Shown here piece after piece: positions 16,919 through 25,698 of a stretch of 64,000 nucleotides of DNA. The notes beneath the pieces are model-generated. The model saw only the letters and a program-made list of their open reading frames with translations, ran no database searches and had not been told where the DNA came from. The translations under genes were made by a program, and so were the position numbers. Within the stretch, counting starts at the first letter, position 1, and each line of letters starts with the position of its first letter. Source of the DNA: an uncultured Eubacteriales bacterium (GTDB taxonomy: Bacteria > Acidobacteriota > Aminicenantia > Aminicenantales > Aminicenantaceae); assembly GCA_964550165.1 (NCBI GenBank), contig CAZJYC010000001.1, forward strand, positions 71,021 through 135,020, in the 5' to 3' direction.

Positions 16919-18217
16919 ATGAAAAATGGAAGAAATAAGGGCTCTAAAAAAGGGTATGAGGAAAAAGGCTTTATCATGCTGGTGGCCGTGATCGTCATGA
17001 CGTTTTTGCTTCTTCTTGTAGCACCCTTTCTGTATCAGTTATCGACAGAGAACAGAAACACCAATAAATCTTCAACCTCTTTTGCCGCTCTTTCCCTGGC
17101 TGAGGCTGGAGTGGAAAGGGCGATCTGGGAGCTGAACTATGGAGACGTGTCCGGCTGGGAAGGTGACAGCAGCATGCGGACGATGACCATTTCCGATTTT
17201 GAGTCCGCAAACGGGAATGTGCTGGGAAATATCGCCATCACCATCCAGAATCCGGACGGCACGAATCCTGTGATTGAAGCCACGGGCATCGTGGCTGGGT
17301 CTGGCTCCGAGCAGCTTATGAGAACAACCCGAGTCGTCTTGAAAAGGGATACCCCTCCTCCTGTTTTCGACTACGGAGTTTTTGGGGATGAGGGATTGGA
17401 CCTGAATTCCAATGCCTTTATCGACAGCTACGATTCGAGAACAGGCGCGTATGGCGGTTCCAACGTTGGTTTTAACGGCAATGTGGGCACCAATGCTGTC
17501 AATTACGGTTGCATCAGTCTGGACTCGAACGCCAGAATCTACGGCGATGCCTTCACCGGGCCCGAAAGTCAGCCGGATAACATCATCATCACCCGCTCCA
17601 ACTCGCTCATCACCGGGAAAAAAGGAGCCTTGTCCGAGGCCAAAGGATTGACCCCGATTTCTGTTCCGGAGGGACTTCAATTCATGGGCGATTATAATCT
17701 TGGCGGTAACAGCCAGGATACGATCAGCCAGAGCGGGGAGTACACGTCCTTCAGATTAACGAGCAATGCCAAGGTGACCATCGCCGCCGATGTCACTCTC
17801 TATATCACTGGGGATTTTTCCATGCAGAGCAATACCCGGCTTGAGATTGCCGAGGGTGTGACAGTCAGGCTCTATCTTGGAGGCACTTTCTTACAAAGCA
17901 GTAACACCCAGATCAACAACCTCTCCAAAGACCCAACCAAATTCGTAATCCTCGGCACCGAGACTTTTGACGGGCAGATGCAGTGGAATTCCAACTCTCA
18001 ATTCTGGGGCTCCATCTATGTGCCCAGGGCCAATGTCAATTTCAACAGCAACGCGGATTTCTACGGCTCCATCGTGGCCAGGAGCGTGAATTCCATCGCC
18101 TCCAATGCCCGGATTCACTATGACGAAGCTCTGTCCGGGTTGGATATCGGAGCTCCTGACGACGACTGTCCTTATATCGTCAAATCCTGGCAGCAGAAGT
18201 TCAACCATAAACTGTAA
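16919..18217 (+). CDS. Large PilX_N-like pseudopilin-related protein, paralog 3
   Basis: Start trimmed to MKNGRNKG, which follows a GGAGG RBS; MTEV at 16901 is an alternative. It has the same N-terminus, a YVPRANVNFNSNADFYGSIVA motif and an IHYDEAL...KSWQQ tail. Confidence 0.6.
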   Translation: MKNGRNKGSKKGYEEKGFIMLVAVIVMTFLLLLVAPFLYQLSTENRNTNKSSTSFAALSLAEAGVERAIWELNYGDVSGWEGDSSMRTMTISDFESANGNVLGNIAITIQNPDGTNPVIEATGIVAGSGSEQLMRTTRVVLKRDTPPPVFDYGVFGDEGLDLNSNAFIDSYDSRTGAYGGSNVGFNGNVGTNAVNYGCISLDSNARIYGDAFTGPESQPDNIIITRSNSLITGKKGALSEAKGLTPISVPEGLQFMGDYNLGGNSQDTISQSGEYTSFRLTSNAKVTIAADVTLYITGDFSMQSNTRLEIAEGVTVRLYLGGTFLQSSNTQINNLSKDPTKFVILGTETFDGQMQWNSNSQFWGSIYVPRANVNFNSNADFYGSIVARSVNSIASNARIHYDEALSGLDIGAPDDDCPYIVKSWQQKFNHKL

Positions 18218-18222
18218 GCACC

Positions 18223-18274
18223 AAGCGGTGACTGATGGCAGGAGGGCTTGTCCTCAGTCACCGCTTTTTTTTAA
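18223..18274. terminator. Bidirectional rho-independent terminator between the convergent PilX-like gene and pilD
   Basis: AAGCGGTGACTGA...TCAGTCACCGCTT, a 13-bp stem followed by T8. Confidence 0.7.
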
Positions 18275-18292
18275 CTTTTTTGAAAGAAATCC

Positions 18293-19069
18293 TCAGGGAA
18301 CCAAATCCTTGAACAAACCCAAATAAGCCCTGAGTATTTTTTCTCCCCAGAGGAGGCTGAAATAGGCTGCGGGCGCAAGAAAAGTCCCGAAAGGAAGGGA
18401 GTAGTGGAGGCTCTTTTTTCTAAAAAGGATAAAAAAAATGCCGAACAGTGCGCCGGCCACGGATGCCATAATCAGGGTGAAAAAAGCCTGGCGCCAGCCG
18501 AGATAGGCGCCAATGAGGAGCATCATGGTCACATCGCCCATGCCCAAGCCTTCTTTTTTTCGGAGCAGATAATAAGCCCCATAGACAACAAGGAGGAATG
18601 AAGCTCCGGCCACAGCCCCGACCAGAGCCTGGGTCAGATTCAGGTCCTTGCGGAAAAGGGAGTAGATGAGCGCCAGAGCTAAGCCGGAAAGGGTGATCTC
18701 ATCGGGCAGAATCTGGTGGTAGTAGTCGATAAATCCCAGGACGATCAAAGCGCTGGCAAAGAGGCAGGAGGCAAAGAAAAAAAAGCTCAGCCTGTGCTGC
18801 GCATAGAGGAGGAGGAAGCTCAGGGGAGTCAGGAATTCGACCAGGGGATAGGAGAAGGGAATCCTGGCCTTGCAGTAACGGCACTTCCCCCGCAGAAGGA
18901 TGTAGGAAAGGATGGGGATGTTGTCGGTGTACTTTATTTTTTGTTTGCAGCGGGGGCAGGAGGATGCGGGGCGGACGATGCTCATGCCCAGCGGAAGACG
19001 GTAGATGAGGACATTGAGAAAGCTTCCCCAGGCAAGTCCCAAAAAAATGATAAAAATTATCGCTTCCAT
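18293..19069 (-). CDS. pilD: Prepilin peptidase PilD (A24 family)
   Basis: Start trimmed to MEAIIFIIFLGLAWGSFLNV. Tetracysteine CPRC...CRYC motif and a multi-TM body. The listed ORF runs 87 nt further upstream. Confidence 0.8.
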   Translation of the reverse strand: MEAIIFIIFLGLAWGSFLNVLIYRLPLGMSIVRPASSCPRCKQKIKYTDNIPILSYILLRGKCRYCKARIPFSYPLVEFLTPLSFLLLYAQHRLSFFFFASCLFASALIVLGFIDYYHQILPDEITLSGLALALIYSLFRKDLNLTQALVGAVAGASFLLVVYGAYYLLRKKEGLGMGDVTMMLLIGAYLGWRQAFFTLIMASVAGALFGIFFILFRKKSLHYSLPFGTFLAPAAYFSLLWGEKILRAYLGLFKDLVP

Positions 19070-19923
19070 GGAATCGTCGGTGCCTTGACCTCCCCGGTCT
19101 GAGAATCGTAGAGATAGTCCTTGCCGTCCAGGTCTTTGGGCAGTGTGGCGAGACACCCGGCTTTGACCAGCCGGGAGAGGTCCATGGGGTTGCGGCCGTA
19201 TCTCTCCTTAAACTTTTCTATGGCCTGGCTGATGTTTTGAATATCGATCGCGGCCTTGACCTGGTAGATATGATTCTCGGCGATTTTCTTGATCCTGTCT
19301 TCCTCTGCTGTCTGGTAGATTTCGGTCCAGGTCTGCAAAGATGTTTTGTAATCCATGGACTTGAAGGCAGCATCGGCGTAAAGCCTTTGGACGATGTCCG
19401 GTGCGCTTTCAATGGCCATAGCCTTTTTGTAGTATTCCAGAGCCAGCGGATGGTCCTTCCTAAACATCTGGACATAATGTCCGCCCAGGTAGGGGAAAAT
19501 CCATTGCTCTGGATTTCTCTCCAGGCCCCTGTCAAGAATTTTCAAAGCCAGGTCCAGGTCTCTCGCCTCGTAAACGGCAATGAGAGATCCGATATCGTAA
19601 GGGTCAAAATATTTTGGGTCCAATTCAGAGATGATCGAGAAAATGTGGTCGAGGTATTCGAACCGGTCAGCGATTGTCTCGTCGCTGTAATACTGGATGG
19701 CCCAGAGATAGATGAGGTCTGCCAGGAGCGGCGAGTTGCCGAAGGTGGCGAACTTGAGATATTTTCCCGAGGGAACGTAGATGATGGAGGAACCGGGAAC
19801 ATTTTTGCGGGCGATGGCGTCGGTTTCGACCTTCAAGGCCATGAAAAGCCCGCAGCTCAGGATGAGCAGAAAGACAAGAAACAGGGTGCTGAATCCTTTT
19901 TGTATTTTGAGCCTTTTTCTCAT
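19057..19923 (-). CDS. TPR-like repeat protein with an N-terminal membrane anchor
   Basis: 288 aa; hydrophobic N-terminus and helical repeats; overlaps the pilD start. Confidence 0.45.
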   Translation of the reverse strand: MRKRLKIQKGFSTLFLVFLLILSCGLFMALKVETDAIARKNVPGSSIIYVPSGKYLKFATFGNSPLLADLIYLWAIQYYSDETIADRFEYLDHIFSIISELDPKYFDPYDIGSLIAVYEARDLDLALKILDRGLERNPEQWIFPYLGGHYVQMFRKDHPLALEYYKKAMAIESAPDIVQRLYADAAFKSMDYKTSLQTWTEIYQTAEEDRIKKIAENHIYQVKAAIDIQNISQAIEKFKERYGRNPMDLSRLVKAGCLATLPKDLDGKDYLYDSQTGEVKAPTIPWKR

Positions 19924-19928
19924 CGGTC

Positions 19929-20693
19929 TTAAGTGAAATCTCTATTCCTGAAAATGAGAACAGCCAGGGCCAGGACAAAAAGCGTGTAAAAAATTCCGTA
20001 GAGAGTGGAGAAAAGGAAAATCCTGGGAGGGATGGGAAGATGGTGAACGACTTCCATTTTGAAGTTGAAGTTTTCAAGGTCGGGGACGAAGTGATAAAGG
20101 ACCTGGGCAAGAGTTTTTCCCGCGCCGGGCTTCACCTTCTGGATGAGCGTCTCCAGTCCCCAGGAGGTGTGGCCGATGAGGTAGAAGGAGAGGGAAAAAA
20201 GCGAACTGAGGATGGGAGTGGAGAAGCAGGAAAAAAGAAGGGCGACCGCGGTCAGGAGGCAGAACTCGATAAAGATGAAGAGGATGGCGACAAGCATTGG
20301 CCATTCGATTTTGAAGGTGTGAAAGAAAACGACAGCCAGAAAAATAACACTCATCAGGAGGAGCATCACAAAAAGAGTCAAAACCAGTCCAAAATATTTG
20401 CCCAGCAGAAACTGATAGCGGTGGATGGGCTTGACGAGAAGAGTGTAGAGCGTTTTCTTATCGATTTCTTTGTAGACAAGTCCGACGCCCATCAAGATCG
20501 CCATCAGAGCGCCAAAAAGCGAGAGAGAAGCGAGTCCGACATCCTTGATGATTTTCACCCGGTCTCCGACGGTGAGCAGAGCCAGGATGCGGGCGAAGAT
20601 AATGCAGACAGCGGCAAAAAAGAGAAGGAGGTAAAGGACGCGGTCGCGGATAGCTTCCTTGAAGGTGTTGAGAGCAATGGCCACGATTTTCAT
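19929..20693 (-). CDS. ABC-2 family transporter permease
   Basis: 254 aa with six predicted TM helices; sits between the ATPase and the TPR gene. Confidence 0.65.
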   Translation of the reverse strand: MKIVAIALNTFKEAIRDRVLYLLLFFAAVCIIFARILALLTVGDRVKIIKDVGLASLSLFGALMAILMGVGLVYKEIDKKTLYTLLVKPIHRYQFLLGKYFGLVLTLFVMLLLMSVIFLAVVFFHTFKIEWPMLVAILFIFIEFCLLTAVALLFSCFSTPILSSLFSLSFYLIGHTSWGLETLIQKVKPGAGKTLAQVLYHFVPDLENFNFKMEVVHHLPIPPRIFLFSTLYGIFYTLFVLALAVLIFRNRDFT

Positions 20694-21607
20694 CTTTGCT
20701 TCACCATCTCCACAAAAATATCTTCGAGTGTTTCTGTCCTGGGAGTTAAGGAATGGATTTTCCCTTTCTTGGAGTGGACAAGTTCGAGAATTCTCTCGAC
20801 ATTATCCTCATTCAAGACTTTGAGCAGCATCCTGCCGCCTTTGACCGAAAAGCTTTCCCCGAGCCCTTCCAGATCTTTGTCGTCCAAGCCAGAAAGCGTA
20901 ATTTCTGTGAACAATATTCTTTCAGAAACAAGCTCGTGAAGGGATCCTTGGTTGATGATTTCTCCGCTGACGATGATCGCCACCCGGTCGCAGATCATCT
21001 CGATGTCCTGGAGGATGTGGGAGGAGAGGAAGACAGTCTTGCCTTCTTCTTTGAGCCGGATGATGACGTCCCTCAGCTCTTTTCTTCCCAGGGGGTCCAG
21101 GCCTCCCAGAGGCTCATCGAGAAGGACAAGAGAAGGGTCGTTGAGCAGGGCCTGGGCCAGGCCTATTCTCTGGAGCATGCCGCGGGAAAACTTCCGCAGC
21201 TGGAGGTTTGCCGCCGTTTCCAGGCCAACAATCCGGAGCATGTTTTTGATTTTTTCTTCTTTCTCTTTTTTCTCCATCAGGAAGAGCTGGCTGTAGAAAT
21301 GAAGGAATTCCGAAGCGGTCAGATAATCGTAGAAATAGGGATTTTCGGGGAGAAAACCGATTTTTTCTTTGGCTTTGAGGGAAAGGTGGGGATGGCCGAA
21401 GATCTCTATCTTTCCTTTCTCCGCGTGGATCAGGCCGAGGATGCATTTGATGGTTGTCGTCTTGCCCGCGCCGTTCGGGCCAAGATAGCCAAAAATTTCT
21501 CCCTCTTCGACAGAGAGAGATATGCCCTTGAGGATTTTCTTTTTTCTGAGAAGGAATCCGACCTTGAACGATTTGTGGAGGTCTTCAACTTTGAGTACAG
21601 CAGCCAT
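20690..21607 (-). CDS. ABC transporter ATP-binding protein
   Basis: Walker A GPNGAGKTT; signature FSRGMLQRIGLAQAL; Walker B LVLLDEP. Confidence 0.85.
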   Translation of the reverse strand: MAAVLKVEDLHKSFKVGFLLRKKKILKGISLSVEEGEIFGYLGPNGAGKTTTIKCILGLIHAEKGKIEIFGHPHLSLKAKEKIGFLPENPYFYDYLTASEFLHFYSQLFLMEKKEKEEKIKNMLRIVGLETAANLQLRKFSRGMLQRIGLAQALLNDPSLVLLDEPLGGLDPLGRKELRDVIIRLKEEGKTVFLSSHILQDIEMICDRVAIIVSGEIINQGSLHELVSERILFTEITLSGLDDKDLEGLGESFSVKGGRMLLKVLNEDNVERILELVHSKKGKIHSLTPRTETLEDIFVEMVKQR

Positions 21608-21667
21608 GAAAATTCTTTCCTATTATACGGAAATCATGGATTATTTCAAATTAAAAAGGTTAACGAG

Positions 21668-21852
21668 TAAGCATCTTTTTTTCCGTGAAGGCAGATGATG
21701 ATAAGAGCTAACTCTCACAACGCTGGTTTCCATCCCTCCTCGCCAAAGACCCTCCCAGCCACCACCATGGGCTTCGGAGGGACGGAAACCAGCGCCTCCA
21801 TTCCTCAGCCTATTGTATCTCTTAATCTCATCACGGGAAAAAAGATGCTTCC
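21668..21852. mobile_element. MITE-like element, copy 1: 185 bp with 15-bp TIRs and a 10-bp flanking direct repeat (GGTTAACGAG on the left, GGCTAACGAG on the right)
   Basis: Its ends are TAAGCATCTTTTTTTCC and GGAAAAAAGATGCTTCC. The interior is a long imperfect palindrome, GGTTTCCATCCCTCC...GGAGGGACGGAAACC. It is near-identical to the copy at 40763-40945. Confidence 0.65.
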
Positions 21853-21909
21853 GGCTAACGAGACTCCCAATCTGCCATTTAATATCATCGTGAAACATTG
21901 AAATAGAAA

Positions 21910-22852
21910 TTATTTGAGATTTTCTTCAAACAGCTTGAAGATGCGTTTGTACTCGTCGGCCCAGGAAGCGTTGTTGTGGAAGGAATGTCCTTCCACTGGA
22001 TAGAAGGCGATTTCCCAGTTATCCTTCCTGAGCTCGATGAGCCTCTGAGCAAGCCGGACTGTATCCTGAAAATGGACATTGGTGTCCACCATGCCGTGGC
22101 AGATGAGAAGAGCTCCCTTGAGGCCCCCGGCAAAGTAGAGAGGAGAACTCTGCTTGTAAGCCTCGGTGTCCTGGTGAGGGAGGTTGAGAATGTCGACCGT
22201 GTAGCCTGGATGATAGTGGGCCCAATCCGTGACCGGCCTTAAAGCGGCTCCGGCCTTGAAGGTCTCCGCAGCTTTGAACATGGCCATCAAGGTCAGGGAG
22301 CCGCCATAGCTTCCGCCGTAGCAGCCGATTCTCCAAGGATATTTTTTCCTGGTCAAAGGTGAAATTCACGCCGGATTCACGCTCGTCGGTCGCCGTGAGC
22401 TGAGTCGTTTTTCCTGAAGGAATATCCAGAAGGTAAATGTCTCCTCCGCGGGTGAAAAGGGCTCTCTTCCTTTCTTTGTCGAATCTGATTTCCATGCCGA
22501 AGAAGCCCGAATAACGGGAAAAGGAAGACCGGGAGGGAAAGGGTGGGAGCTTGAGCAAGTCTTCAATCTTTATTGTCTGAGGGGTGAGATTTGTTTTGGT
22601 GATTGCGTGGAATTCCGCGCTCTTCTCGCCCGGCTTTTGCCAGCGGAAATAGAGCTTGGTTCCATCCATTGACCATATGATGCTCGAGGGCGCTGTTCCC
22701 ACAAGCTCAGTCCCTTCCATGATGGCGTCGATCGTCAGCTCCCAGGGAGGAGCTTTTTTCTCCTGAGCCTGGATCGTTCCGAAGACAAGAAGTAAAATGA
22801 AAAGCATATAAAGAAGGTGTTTTTTTGCTTTTTGCGCCATTTCAACCTCCAT
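21910..22852 (-). pseudogene. S9 prolyl-oligopeptidase / dipeptidyl-peptidase family remnant, internally deleted and frameshifted
   Basis: The N-terminal ORF has a signal peptide and PD40-like beta-propeller blades (DIYLLDIPSGKTTQLT). It switches frame at an A6 run near 22350 into the C-terminal ORF, which carries the catalytic triad: Ser in GGSYGG, Asp in [10 protein letters not shown], His in EGHSF. Most of the propeller is missing. Confidence 0.55.
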
Positions 22853-22898
22853 TTTTTTACTCTGAAATTTTTTAATGCTCAGATTCCTGTATCCTACT

Positions 22899-23357
22899 TT
22901 AAATCAACTGGACTATCTTTTCCAGCCACTGGCGGTCCACTGCGGAAAAAGCATCGTATTTCCGGCTGTCGACATCGAGCATAGCCCAGACTTGGCTGTT
23001 TTTGTCAAAGAGGGGAACGACGATTTCCGAGTTAGAGCGGCTGTCGCAGGCAATGTGGCCTGGGAATTTATGAACATCGGGCACGATGATTGTTTTCCTG
23101 CTTCGGATTCCTGCCCAGCATACGCCTTTGTTTTTCTCCAGGACTTGGCAGGCCAGCGGACCCTGGTAGGGACCGACAGTTAGCTCCCCCTCAACAAGGA
23201 TGTAGAATCCGGTCCAGAAGAACTGGGGCATCTTGTGGTGGAGAAGGGCGGCTGCGGTCGCCAGGCGAGCGGTCTTATTTTCCGTTTGAACGAGGAGAGT
23301 TTGAAGCTGCTGATAGATTCTTCTGTATCTTTCTTCACGCCTTTTTTTATCGACCAT
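22899..23357 (-). CDS. msrC: Free methionine-(R)-sulfoxide reductase (GAF-domain fRMsr, YebR family)
   Basis: GHIACDSRSNSEIVVPL and GPYQGPLACQ match the catalytic-Cys region of fRMsr. Confidence 0.8.
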   Translation of the reverse strand: MVDKKRREERYRRIYQQLQTLLVQTENKTARLATAAALLHHKMPQFFWTGFYILVEGELTVGPYQGPLACQVLEKNKGVCWAGIRSRKTIIVPDVHKFPGHIACDSRSNSEIVVPLFDKNSQVWAMLDVDSRKYDAFSAVDRQWLEKIVQLI

Positions 23358-23605
23358 GAAAGCACGTCCTAACAGGAGTGCGGGCTGTTGTCAGCAAAAG
23401 GGGGGTTGATGATGGGAACCAAAAAGGTGGGGGCTCTCTCCAGCCCGCCAAAGAGAACCTTTACCATTATAACAAAAAAAATACGATTGTAAAGAGAAAA
23501 ATTAAAAAATTTTAAATTTTTTTTAGAAATACGAAAGTTCATGAGGAAATGAATGCTCATCAGAAAAATTATCATTCCGAGTTAACAGAATGGGCTATTC
23601 TGGAT

Positions 23606-23771
23606 TAATTCATGAATAATCCAGCCCATTAACAATAGACATGATTGATTCATGAATTTGTCATGACCTCAGGACACCCGCAAACCATGAAAATAGCCGA
23701 TTTGTTGAAAGCGTTGAAGTTACGAGGCTATTTTCTAGGTAATAATCCAGGCCATTAACAAAGAGATTTCG
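23606..23771. promoter_or_regulatory. Candidate operator cluster upstream of fadL: two AATTCATGAAT palindromes and a 22-bp direct repeat AATAATCCAG(C/G)CCATTAACAA
   Basis: TAATTCATGAATAA at 23606-23619 and GATTCATGAATTT at 23647-23659. The direct repeat occurs at 23615-23636 and 23750-23771. The same palindrome occurs again at 52742-52756. Confidence 0.35.
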
Positions 23772-23965
23772 CGAAAAATGTCCGAGCGAAATACAGAAAA
23801 GGATAGTCGGAAATTAAGGTATGACCCCATATTTTTTTCATAAAATTATCTTGACAATGTTACTTATTTCTTATAAATAGTTGAGACAGAATTAAGAGGT
23901 GACAGGTCTCACTAAACAATCCCTCCTGAAAGCGGAGGAATTAAAGTAATTATTTGGAGGTTTTG

Positions 23966-25261
23966 ATGAAGAAAAAGGTCAAGGTGATCATTCTGTCTTT
24001 TCTGGCATTTTTGGGTCTGAGCCTTTCTGCTTATGGCGCTGGTTTTCTCATCTACGAGCACGGCGCAGCGGCCATGGCCATGGGAGGCGCCTTTGTGGCC
24101 ATAGCCAATGATCCCACGGCCATTTTCCACAATCCCGCTGGCATCGCCTTTTTGGATGGAACGCAGGTTTCTGTTGGGACAACCCTGATTATCCCCAGAA
24201 CAACCTTGACAATGCCCAATATTCAACTTGTCGATCCCGGATACTCTACGACTTATGATGCCAAAAGTCAGGTGTTCTATCCTTCCACGTTTTACATCAC
24301 GCAGAAGATTACAGACAGAATCGTAGCCGGCTTCGGATTCTTCTCACCCTACGGTCTGGGGACAGAATGGCCAGAAGACTATCCGCTGAGGTATATTGCC
24401 ACCAAAGATGACATGAAGAGTTTCTTCTTCAATCCCGTGGTCGCCGTTAAACTGACTGATAATTTCTCAGCGGCTTTTGGCGTCTCCTACATCCGGGCCG
24501 ACTTAAAGTTTAACCTTGTCAATTATGCGGACTTTACAGATTTTGGCGGCGGTGCCTATGATGTTCCTGTTGCTGTCGAAGGAAGTGGAAGTGCCTGGGG
24601 CTTGAACGCCGGTGTGCTTTACAAGGGAGAGAAAGTCTCTTTAGGGTTCAACTGGCGCGGGGGATTCTCCATCGATTTTGAGGGAGACCTGACGCTCGAT
24701 AGCTCCAACGTCGATGATCCGTTCAAGCCGTATATTCCTCCTTCAGGAGAGGTTTCGACCACTTTCAGTTTTCCCCACATTCTGGCTGCAGGAGTGGCGT
24801 TTAACCTGACCGAAAAGCTGATGCTTTCCTTCGATGCTCATTATGTCCTCTGGAGCTGTTATGATGAGTTTGATATCGAAATCGATTATCCTGATCCCTG
24901 GGAAGACGAGACAACCACAGTCGAGGAAAACTGGAAAGACAGCTGGCTCTTCAGGGGCGGCATCCAGTACAAGCTCAGTGAAAGCTTTGCTCTGAGGGCA
25001 GGGATTCTTTATGATCAGACTCCCCAGCCGGTGGAAACCATGGATCCCTTGCTGGCTGATGCTAACCGGTGGGCGTTCACGGCTGGCTTTGGCTACAAAG
25101 CCGGCAGTTTTATCCTCGATGTCGCCTATCTGCTTGAGATTTTCAACGACAGGACAAGCCCCAACAGAGATATCTATTTGACTCCATTTGGCAATCTGGG
25201 CGAAGGCACATACTCCACAACCGCCCATCTCATCGGAGTCAGCTTGCGCTTTGTGTTTTAG
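23966..25261 (+). CDS. fadL: Outer-membrane long-chain fatty acid / hydrophobic compound transport protein (FadL/OMPP1/TodX family)
   Basis: Signal peptide, then GAGFLIYEHGAAAMAMGGAFVAIANDPTAIFHNPAG; C-terminal aromatic residue F; start trimmed to MKKKVKV after a GGAGG RBS. Confidence 0.8.
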   Translation: MKKKVKVIILSFLAFLGLSLSAYGAGFLIYEHGAAAMAMGGAFVAIANDPTAIFHNPAGIAFLDGTQVSVGTTLIIPRTTLTMPNIQLVDPGYSTTYDAKSQVFYPSTFYITQKITDRIVAGFGFFSPYGLGTEWPEDYPLRYIATKDDMKSFFFNPVVAVKLTDNFSAAFGVSYIRADLKFNLVNYADFTDFGGGAYDVPVAVEGSGSAWGLNAGVLYKGEKVSLGFNWRGGFSIDFEGDLTLDSSNVDDPFKPYIPPSGEVSTTFSFPHILAAGVAFNLTEKLMLSFDAHYVLWSCYDEFDIEIDYPDPWEDETTTVEENWKDSWLFRGGIQYKLSESFALRAGILYDQTPQPVETMDPLLADANRWAFTAGFGYKAGSFILDVAYLLEIFNDRTSPNRDIYLTPFGNLGEGTYSTTAHLIGVSLRFVF

Positions 25262-25296
25262 GATTGGGATAAAAATTCAAACTGGAGGTAAAATAA

Positions 25297-25494
25297 ATGG
25301 CTTATGAATTCACCAACTCAAAAGGGGTCAAGTACTATTTGCATTTCAGAGATGTCAATCTGAAGGGCGGTCGGACCCAGAGGATCTATTATTTTGCCCG
25401 GGACGTCAGGCAGGGGGCATTGGACTCTGTTCCGGCTGGATACAAGGTCATGGAAACAAAAAGAACAGGTATGCCCATCCTGAAGAAAGCATAA
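25297..25494 (+). CDS. Small conserved hypothetical protein, 65 aa
   Basis: A GGAGGT RBS lies 7 nt upstream of its ATG. It is co-directional with fadL and followed by a terminator. Confidence 0.4.
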   Translation: MAYEFTNSKGVKYYLHFRDVNLKGGRTQRIYYFARDVRQGALDSVPAGYKVMETKRTGMPILKKA

Positions 25495-25542
25495 TATTTC
25501 TATCGGTCATTAGCTTCTCGAGGCCAAAAAGAATTTCCGCTT

Positions 25543-25580
25543 AAAAAAGGAGTTCTCTCGAAGGAGAGAACTCCTTTTTC
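25543..25580 (+). terminator. Rho-independent terminator
   Basis: GGAGTTCTCTC gaag GAGAGAACTCC followed by TTTTT. Confidence 0.8.
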
Positions 25581-25698
25581 TGCCTCAGCGCACATATCGA
25601 ATATCTAAATCAATTTCTGTGATTTCTTTCCTTTTATGCCAAGGATTCTATTATTTTTTTTGTCTAATTCATCTGAGATATTCGAGAGGAGGTTTAGG

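Noticed and set aside
17072-17680. 202-aa minus-strand ORF inside PilX-like paralog 3
   Set aside because: Antisense to a gene whose product is conserved across three paralogs; Gly/Arg-rich shadow ORF.
19237-21670. Plus-strand ORFs of 231, 299 and 305 aa across the TPR / ABC permease / ABC ATPase genes
   Set aside because: All are antisense to well-supported minus-strand genes (Walker motifs, TM permease). They are Asp/Glu/Gly-rich low-complexity translations.
21695-21901. 68-aa ORF and its 63-aa look-alike at 40789-40980 (MMIRANSHNAGFHPSSPKTLP...)
   Set aside because: Their similarity comes from lying inside the two MITE copies. The interior is an imperfect palindrome and the ORFs differ in length and end points, so this is repeat DNA, not a conserved protein.
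23369-23757. 68-aa minus-strand ORF and a 23-aa plus-strand ORF (MKIADLLKALKLRGYFLGNNPGH) in the fadL upstream region
   Set aside because: AT-rich promoter/operator region full of repeats. There is no RBS, and the 23-aa ORF overlaps the direct-repeat motif. A micropeptide cannot be fully excluded.
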